Positions 37,893-44,622 of a DNA stretch of 44,622 nt are shown here, in pieces (within the stretch, counting starts at the first letter, position 1; each line of letters begins with the position of its first letter). The stretch is taken from positions 1-44,622 of the forward strand of contig JAHLWH010000104.1 of NCBI GenBank assembly GCA_019058015.1, in the 5' to 3' direction. The notes under the pieces are model-generated. The model was not told the origin of the DNA, did no database searches, and worked only from the letters and a program-made list of their open reading frames with translations. The stretch is from Promethearchaeota archaeon (GTDB taxonomy: Archaea > Asgardarchaeota > Lokiarchaeia > Sigyniarchaeales > SOKP01). The translations under genes and the position numbers were made by a program.

Positions 37893-39413
37893 CTAATTAA
37901 CAACATCTTTCAAAACAGGTTGAGTTGCTTCAACGAAAAGATGTTTGGAAGTATTAAGTGAACCATTGTATACAATCTTAGAGATCACCATTTCAGAAGG
38001 ATAATATTTTATTCCAGGAGGATATGAACTATCTTTCCAACCCCCTAAAGCTGTACTAATATTAGCCTGCATCGGTTCATTATTAATATATATGCTTCCT
38101 GCCTGCAATTCGTTGACAAATCTTTCAATATTTTCTGGAGGAGTGTACACTACAGCACGCATTCCATAGTTAGAATGATTTGCGAGAAAAATAGCATCAT
38201 CAATATTTTTAGCTTTAGTTACACTTCTTACGGGACCAAAAGCTTCTTCACGCCACAGAAAAGGAGCCTTATCAAAATCAAGTATATTTCCGCGAGGAAT
38301 CTCTACTAAAGTTGGTTTATAAAAAAGGCCATAGCTTTTCCCGGTATCCATTTTTTCAGCACCACATAAAATTTTTACACCCTTATGTTTTGTGGCTTCA
38401 CCAACCATTACTTCCATCATCATTAATATTCTCCGAGATCCAAGAGGTCCAATATCTGTGGACATATCTCTAGGGTCTCCCATCTTTAATTTTTCAATTC
38501 CTTTTAGCAATAATTCAATATATTCATCATATATATCCTGATGTACAATTATTCGCTTCATTGAAAAACATTGTTGTCCTGAATTTGTATAGGAAGCAAT
38601 TACATTCCATTTAGCCACTAATTCTAAATTTACTCCGGGCATTACGATTCCTGCATCATTTCCAGCACTTTCGAATATAAAATTTTTGAATGGAAAATTT
38701 ATCATATTAACTCCAAGAAACTTCTGGGTATGTTTTTTTAAAACTTCAGCGTAATCGATTAGAATCTGTTTTGCTGTATGCGAAGCGGCTACGCAAACAA
38801 TATTTTTAATTAATTTTGATTCAATAAATATTTTGGTTGCAAAGTTGCCAGGACTAATCACCAAATCATATGCTTCATTAAACGGAAAATCACTCTCATT
38901 AATTCTTTCTATACAATATTTCATTGTCAAGGGACAAGCTGTGGAAGGTTTTATAATAGCAGGGTTTCCTGTCATAAAGCTTGATCCCCAAAAGTACATT
39001 GGTAGACTCATAGGAGTATTACGGGGAGTTATACCTATAGTTAATCCCATAGGTTGATATTTTATATGTGAAACTTGTCCACTTTCAAGATCACGTTGTG
39101 TTCTGTCTTTTACCAAATCGATAAACCAGTCAACATAGGAATATCCCTTTTCAATCATAGCAAATTCCCATTCTGAATAGCGAATGGGTAATCCTCCTTC
39201 AGCAACTATGATATCTTTAATTTTTTTCTTTTCCTTTAGTAATACATCAGCTATATCTTTGATTACATCAATTCTTTCTTCTAATGTGGTGTTTAAGAGT
39301 TTTCTTTCCCACTGAACTGTTCTTCTAATCTTATTAAGAATTGTCTCTTCAGTGTCTGCTTCAATAGAGTCTATTACTTCCCCCGTATATTTATTTAAAA
39401 CATCTAATTTCAT
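37893..39413 (-). CDS. Aldehyde dehydrogenase family protein (divergent)
   Basis: ITPRNTP, GNPAIIKPS, FESAGND (general base), SGQQC (nucleophile), EEAFGPV and ANHSNYG motifs. Confidence 0.92.
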   Translation of the reverse strand: MKLDVLNKYTGEVIDSIEADTEETILNKIRRTVQWERKLLNTTLEERIDVIKDIADVLLKEKKKIKDIIVAEGGLPIRYSEWEFAMIEKGYSYVDWFIDLVKDRTQRDLESGQVSHIKYQPMGLTIGITPRNTPMSLPMYFWGSSFMTGNPAIIKPSTACPLTMKYCIERINESDFPFNEAYDLVISPGNFATKIFIESKLIKNIVCVAASHTAKQILIDYAEVLKKHTQKFLGVNMINFPFKNFIFESAGNDAGIVMPGVNLELVAKWNVIASYTNSGQQCFSMKRIIVHQDIYDEYIELLLKGIEKLKMGDPRDMSTDIGPLGSRRILMMMEVMVGEATKHKGVKILCGAEKMDTGKSYGLFYKPTLVEIPRGNILDFDKAPFLWREEAFGPVRSVTKAKNIDDAIFLANHSNYGMRAVVYTPPENIERFVNELQAGSIYINNEPMQANISTALGGWKDSSYPPGIKYYPSEMVISKIVYNGSLNTSKHLFVEATQPVLKDVVN

Positions 39414-39443
39414 ATAAAAACCTCATTTCTTTTTATTATTCTT

Positions 39444-40448
39444 TTAATTTTCTTTATTTTTTTCTATATATTCTTTATACCATGTGACAGTTTCTCGCAA
39501 ACCTTTATCAAAAGGAGTAATTTTATATCCTAATTTATCAATAGCTTTTTGCGATGAATATGCCCAATTATATGTTGCCATTCTTATTAGTGCTCGGGTC
39601 ATATAGGGTATTTTTTTAGTTATTTTTGCTTTAATTTCGCATAACCATCCATAAAACATAGCCATCCACATTGGAAATTGCCGTGGCTTTTTTACTTCGG
39701 CTATTTCTGCAATTAAATTAAGATAATCTTTAGTTGAGATAAATTCACCGCCAATAAAAAATTCTTCACCAATTAAATCATCTCTGTCAATAACATTTAC
39801 CATTGGTACAATAATATCCTTTACATAAGCCATACTAAATTGAGAAACTGATGTCTTAGGAATTCCTAGAAGTTTTCTTAAAATAACATCTATTGTTAGT
39901 TTTCCATAAAAATTGAAATCACCAGGACCGTAAACAAATCCTGGATAAAAGATGATTGTTTTAAGTCCTTGTTCTTTATATTCTTTAATTTTTTTTGTAC
40001 TATAATATTTTGATCTCTCATAATCTATAAAAAAATCAATATTACGTTCATAAGTTTCGAAATTAGGAACTTCATTGCCAACAGGATAAGGTCCGATAGC
40101 AAAAAATGAACTAACGTAAATTAATTTTTTTTTTTTTTCTAGTGCTACTTTCGCAATGTTTTCGGAGCCATTGATATTAATTTCTTCGTAAATAGATTTA
40201 TTTTTGGCCCAAATTTGAGTGTTTGCAGCGAGGTGATAAATTATATCAATATTATCGACAGCTTGATATAAACTATCAATATCTCGAACATCCCCAATAA
40301 TGTATTTAATATTTTTTAGATCATTAAATGGTTCAATATTACTAGTTTCTCTTATAAGAAGTTTTAAGTTATGTCCTAATTCATGTAAATGCTCAACTAA
40401 AGGAACACCAATGAATCCAGTGCCACCAGTTATTAAGACATTAGTCAT
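39444..40448 (-). CDS. NAD-dependent epimerase/dehydratase (extended SDR, HpnA-like)
   Basis: TGGTGFIG, IYHLAA, YVSS, YERSK and VYGPGD motifs. Confidence 0.9.
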   Translation of the reverse strand: MTNVLITGGTGFIGVPLVEHLHELGHNLKLLIRETSNIEPFNDLKNIKYIIGDVRDIDSLYQAVDNIDIIYHLAANTQIWAKNKSIYEEININGSENIAKVALEKKKKLIYVSSFFAIGPYPVGNEVPNFETYERNIDFFIDYERSKYYSTKKIKEYKEQGLKTIIFYPGFVYGPGDFNFYGKLTIDVILRKLLGIPKTSVSQFSMAYVKDIIVPMVNVIDRDDLIGEEFFIGGEFISTKDYLNLIAEIAEVKKPRQFPMWMAMFYGWLCEIKAKITKKIPYMTRALIRMATYNWAYSSQKAIDKLGYKITPFDKGLRETVTWYKEYIEKNKEN

Positions 40449-40606
40449 TTTAGTAGATATCTAAAATTTCATTCAAGAAAATTAAGAGGGTTATTTTCAA
40501 ATTATTAAATTCTCGTTATTATTTTATTAAAAAGGTTTTCCGAATTTTCATAATATTAAAGATTAAAATTTATTCTAATTTCTCTTGTAGGAATTATATT
40601 AAAATA

Positions 40607-41479
40607 TTATATACTTGCAAAAACAAAAGCAATTAAGCCGAGAAAAGCCCCTACTTTTAAGAATAAGCTTATTTTTTTAAAATCGGCTGTCTGTAGATTA
40701 CTTTTAATAGACAATATTAACGCATAAATAACGATAATTATTCCAAAAATCATTGAAATAAAAAACAAAATGGGATTTATAATTGGTGTAAATATAGGTA
40801 AGCTAAAAAAGATTATAGCCAAAATATCACAGACTACAGAGAATTTAGCGGTTTTTTCAATTCCAATCTGAATTGCTAAAGTCTTTATTCCATATTGTTT
40901 ATCTCCTTCAATATCTTCACATCCTTTTATAATCTCGCGAGAAAGTAAAAGAAAGAAACAGGTTAAAAAGAAATAATAAATGTATAGTGGAATTATTGAA
41001 CTATTCAAAATCGCGCCATATATTAATCCTATTGAAAATGATAAACTAACAACTAAATTTCCTAGAAAACCTTGTTTCTTACCCCATTTAGCATACACCC
41101 ATCCTAAAAAACCGAAAAACATTGCAAATACTATATTGAGAAAACCCAAATTAAAAATTATACTATGAATGATTGATAGTGCTACTCCAATAGTCAATAC
41201 TACAAAAAAAAATATTTTTGCTTGCTTTAGAGTTATTGATCCTCTTGGAATTGGACGTTCTGGGCGATTAATTTTATCAATTTCGATATCATAGATATCA
41301 TTAATTACCATCCCTGAACCCGCAATTAAGAAATATGTTAATACACCTAATATTAAATTTATAAGTAGAATTTCAATGGATATTCCTGTTCGAGTATTTA
41401 AAATGCCAATTATTACAGTAAGTGCTCCCATAATACAATTTATGGGTCTTAAAATTTCTATAGCATCCTTGAATTTCAT
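40607..41479 (-). CDS. Digeranylgeranylglyceryl phosphate (DGGGP) synthase, UbiA family
   Basis: LRPINC, INDIYDIEIDKINRPERPIPRG and REIIKGCEDIEGD motifs; directly downstream of GGGP synthase. Confidence 0.93.
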   Translation of the reverse strand: MKFKDAIEILRPINCIMGALTVIIGILNTRTGISIEILLINLILGVLTYFLIAGSGMVINDIYDIEIDKINRPERPIPRGSITLKQAKIFFFVVLTIGVALSIIHSIIFNLGFLNIVFAMFFGFLGWVYAKWGKKQGFLGNLVVSLSFSIGLIYGAILNSSIIPLYIYYFFLTCFFLLLSREIIKGCEDIEGDKQYGIKTLAIQIGIEKTAKFSVVCDILAIIFFSLPIFTPIINPILFFISMIFGIIIVIYALILSIKSNLQTADFKKISLFLKVGAFLGLIAFVFASI

Positions 41480-41504
41480 AAGAGCAACTCTACTTTTATT
41501 TCAT

Positions 41505-42326
41505 TCAATATTTTTCATAATTTTTCTCGCAAAGCTTACCACAGGATTTAATCTCATCGATGATCTCTTTCAGTGAGGTTCCTTTATCATTAAGAGTATT
41601 ATTCTCGAGGAAAGTGCCCATGACAACGATATCTGCTCCATTTTCAATAAAAATTCTTGCATCTTCTTTATTATTAATTCCCCCACCAACGATTATCGGA
41701 ATTTTTAAATGATTTGATGCCATTTTAATAATCTTTAAAGGTATTTTTTCAGAACCAGAACCCGATTCTAAATAAATTAATTTAAATCCAAATAATTCTG
41801 CAGCAAGAGCATAAGCTGACGTTAATTCTGGCTTGTTTCTTGGTAATAATTTTGCATTTCCAATCCACCCTGCAGTTGAACCTGGTTCGATTATTAAATA
41901 AGCCATAGATATACATTCTAAATTAGCTAATTTGATTGGCAAACATGCAAGGGCTTGCTGCCCAATAATAAAATAAGGATCTTTTGAATTTAATAAAGAC
42001 ATAAATAAAATTGCATCCGCCTTAGGAGAAACATTACTTATTCCTCCTGGAAAGATAATTACGGGAATAGTTACCTTATTTTTTATCATTTCTATGGTCT
42101 TATCTACGAACTTGACATCAAAGGCTGTACTTCCCCCAACCAAAATTGCATCAGTTCCAGCATCTTCAGCATATTTAGCCATTTTTGCTGCTCGCAAAGG
42201 AGTTTGATGTAATGGGTCAGGATCTATAAGAGAGAAATGAAGTGCCCCATCTTCATTAATTTTATTAATGATATATGTGTAAGTCGTTTGTTTTTCAGAT
42301 TCTTTTACAACTGTATCCATGATCAA
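41505..42326 (-). CDS. Geranylgeranylglyceryl phosphate (GGGP) synthase
   Basis: HFSLIDPD, DAILVGGS, IFPG, FMSLLNS, YLESGSG and VGGGI motifs. Confidence 0.95.
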   Translation of the reverse strand: MIMDTVVKESEKQTTYTYIINKINEDGALHFSLIDPDPLHQTPLRAAKMAKYAEDAGTDAILVGGSTAFDVKFVDKTIEMIKNKVTIPVIIFPGGISNVSPKADAILFMSLLNSKDPYFIIGQQALACLPIKLANLECISMAYLIIEPGSTAGWIGNAKLLPRNKPELTSAYALAAELFGFKLIYLESGSGSEKIPLKIIKMASNHLKIPIIVGGGINNKEDARIFIENGADIVVMGTFLENNTLNDKGTSLKEIIDEIKSCGKLCEKNYEKY

Positions 42327-42457
42327 TCATATTGTAAAACAATTAAAGATTTTAAAAGCTTTTAAAATCAATACGAATATTATTTTTGTGAAATATATTA
42401 AGAGGATTGATATAATTAATAATTTAACAAATATAATTACTTTTAATTGATGTAAAA

Positions 42458-43849
42458 ATGGAAAGTCTACTTAAATCATATGATGTAATAGTCGTTGGTG
42501 CAGGAACCGGAGGAAGTACTGCAGCCCGATTTGCATCTCAATATGGGCTCGATGTATGTTTGATTGACAGCAAAAAAAGGGATCAAATTGGAGATAAGAT
42601 CTGTGGGGATGGAATTGGAACTGAAATTTTTGAATTTCTGAACATCAATCCACCAAAAGGAGAAGAATTAGCATGCCACATAAAAGGCGCTAAATTGTAT
42701 TCTCCAAATTTAAAAAAATGCATAATAATGCTTGACCCAAAGCAAGCAGGATATGTTGTCAATCGATTAGAATTCGGTCAACGATTATTAAATGAAGCAA
42801 TTGATGCAGGAGTAAAGCAATTTTTAGATAATACTATGGCGTTAGATTTATTATATAAAAATGGAACAGTAAATGGAATAAAAGTTAAATTAAGCAATGG
42901 AGAAAAAGCCGATCTGCACTCAAAAATAATAATTGATGCAAGTGGATTTTATTCTCCATTGAGAAGAAATATAAAAAGTTCGATAATTGAGAAGGAAATT
43001 TCTAAAAAGGACTCAATTTTATGTTATAGAGAAATTGTAGATTTTGGTCTTGAAAATCCAAGAGTTAATGATCCAGATTATATATCAATTATTCTTGATC
43101 AAGAAAAAGCACCTGGTGGGTATATTTGGTATTTCCCGAAAAATGAACACTCAGTCAATATAGGATTAGGTGTTTTTATGGATTTTAAAGGTAAAGTTAA
43201 AGAATTATATCGAAAAAATGTATTTGAGAATTATGTGAAGACTTCTGAATATAAGATAATATCTTCAGGAGGAGGGGTTGCTCCTGTGAGAAGGCCAATT
43301 TGGTCTTGTGCAGACAATGGGATTATGTTTATTGGAGATGCTGCATGTCAAGTCAGTCCACTTCATGGAGGAGGGATTGACCCTTCAATGCGAGGTGGAT
43401 ATTTTTCAGCACTTAGTGCAAAAGATGCAATTGAAAGCGAAGACTATTCTATAAATGCTTTATGGAATTATAATTATAATATAATGACTTCTATTGGTGC
43501 AGAATTTGCAGCGCTCGACCTGTTAAGAATTACTTTACAAAATCTTTCTAATGAAGATTTAAATTTTGGATTAGAGAAAGATTTATTTACTGGAAATGAA
43601 ATATTAGAAATTGCTTCAAAAGGAACAGTTAAATTATCTCTGGTTGATTTAGTTTCTAAAGCGATTAAAGGTATATCTCAACCTAAACTGCTATTGGATT
43701 TAAATTATTTGAGAATTAATATGAATAATATCTCGAGTCATTATAAAAAGTTTCCAAAAACAATGGAAAAATTTGAAGAATGGAAAGAAAAAACACAACA
43801 AATTTATGGAAAAATAAGAAAACCTAACCACCATAATAGTTCCACATAA
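42458..43849 (+). CDS. Geranylgeranyl reductase family (digeranylgeranylglycerophospholipid reductase-like)
   Basis: VGAGTGG, KICGDG, IDASG, PGGYIWYFPK and IGDAA.QV.P.HGGGI motifs. Confidence 0.92.
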   Translation: MESLLKSYDVIVVGAGTGGSTAARFASQYGLDVCLIDSKKRDQIGDKICGDGIGTEIFEFLNINPPKGEELACHIKGAKLYSPNLKKCIIMLDPKQAGYVVNRLEFGQRLLNEAIDAGVKQFLDNTMALDLLYKNGTVNGIKVKLSNGEKADLHSKIIIDASGFYSPLRRNIKSSIIEKEISKKDSILCYREIVDFGLENPRVNDPDYISIILDQEKAPGGYIWYFPKNEHSVNIGLGVFMDFKGKVKELYRKNVFENYVKTSEYKIISSGGGVAPVRRPIWSCADNGIMFIGDAACQVSPLHGGGIDPSMRGGYFSALSAKDAIESEDYSINALWNYNYNIMTSIGAEFAALDLLRITLQNLSNEDLNFGLEKDLFTGNEILEIASKGTVKLSLVDLVSKAIKGISQPKLLLDLNYLRINMNNISSHYKKFPKTMEKFEEWKEKTQQIYGKIRKPNHHNSST

Positions 43850-44111
43850 AGTTCAGGCGGTCGCCGTCTTTCAATTCAGCATCAAGCCCTCCTTGAAACC
43901 TAAAATGGATGCCATTTATTGTTAAAACTAAGTCTTCTACCATTTCTTCCATATTTTCTTTAAAAAGTACTTCTCTTAAAGGTTCTCCGTTTCTTTCAAT
44001 CAAATCTAGAAGTAATTCTCTTAGAGTTATGGGTTTATCTAATTTGATCTCCATATCCCATCGTTGCATAATTGTAATAAATGGAGCTGAAAATATTAAA
44101 GTAACACTCAA
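43824..44111 (-). CDS. MoaD/ThiS/SAMP ubiquitin-like protein
   Basis: Beta-grasp pattern ING...LKDGD and C-terminal GG; TTG start. Confidence 0.85.
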   Translation of the reverse strand: MSVTLIFSAPFITIMQRWDMEIKLDKPITLRELLLDLIERNGEPLREVLFKENMEEMVEDLVLTINGIHFRFQGGLDAELKDGDRLNFMWNYYGG

Positions 44112-44276
44112 TATATTTCATATATCTGAAATTTAAACTCTATGAAATCATTATTCATTTCTCTTTTAATATTTTTATTTTATAAAAAATAAATATTCAA
44201 GAATAAATTCTTCTGACTTATCTATTGAATAATTAATAATTATTAATAATTTTAGATTAAAAAAATCCTAATTTTA

Positions 44277-44622
44277 TTATTTTTGTAATGCATTTAAAGC
44301 AATTTTTGTAGAAACTTCTGCTTGCTCAACACTAACCATGCCTATTGCCACAGAACATATATTATGTTTAGAAATATATTCAAAAGCTTTTTGCGGTTTT
44401 ATTTTTCCTGTTGCCAAAGTTTTCATTCCCAAGAAAGAGTAATTTTTATTTTGGTTAACCAGTTCTTCTAATTTCTTTTGATCATCCATGAAAATCCCAT
44501 TTACGTTAAATGGAATTAAAAACGCTTTAACATTTAATGAATTTTCAAAAGCATATGTTAGAGTGGAAATGGGGTTATGAGCAGCTATTCCTGGAATCAC
44601 ACCTCGGGAGGAGATATCATCC
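44277..44622 (-). CDS. 3' part of a hypothetical TIM-barrel (aldo/keto reductase-like) protein, truncated by the window edge
   Basis: PGIAAH.P, PFN..G..MD, GMKTLA.G and AIGM motifs; appears to run off the window end. Confidence 0.6.
   Translation of the reverse strand, partial: DDISSRGVIPGIAAHNPISTLTYAFENSLNVKAFLIPFNVNGIFMDDQKKLEELVNQNKNYSFLGMKTLATGKIKPQKAFEYISKHNICSVAIGMVSVEQAEVSTKIALNALQK

Noticed and set aside
36400-37900. Cas12/type V CRISPR system
   Set aside because: No repeat-spacer array or cas genes nearby; size and context fit TnpB.
2475-44136. Short alternative-frame or antisense ORFs in the track (e.g. 2475-2666, 4037-4321, 14122-14445, 26820-27140, 28705-29040, 33683-33940, 43909-44136)
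   Set aside because: They overlap well-supported genes and have no motifs; they are shadow ORFs.

Overview
AT-rich archaeal chromosomal segment, mostly metabolic genes. The archaeal call rests on the GGGP synthase/DGGGP synthase/geranylgeranyl reductase ether-lipid cluster, an RpoM/TFS-like zinc ribbon and a MoaD/SAMP protein. The overall gene mix (SCP2 protein, CCG Fe-S proteins, AOR, acyl-CoA ligase, HEAT repeat) suggests Lokiarchaeia/Asgard, which is inference only. About 40 CDSs were identified; no tRNA, rRNA or CRISPR array was seen. The standout is a 1,358-bp element at 36495-37852 carrying only tnpB. It is bounded by 23-bp terminal inverted repeats (21/23 match, GG...CC ends) and flanked by an exact 8-bp direct repeat (GAGTTTAA). 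These are DDE-transposon-type ends, whereas the usual TnpB hosts (IS200/IS605, IS607) have neither TIRs nor TSDs. The TnpB appears to have a rearranged RuvC-II glutamate and carries an in-frame TAG at codon 50. Also notable: a GltD/NfnB-like flavoprotein cassette inserted inside an HdrD-like CCG domain, an RNase J-like protein with a ~145-aa insertion divergent from a UvrD helicase, a TFS paralogue lacking its catalytic domain, and a HEAT-repeat gene coupled to a liv-type ABC operon.
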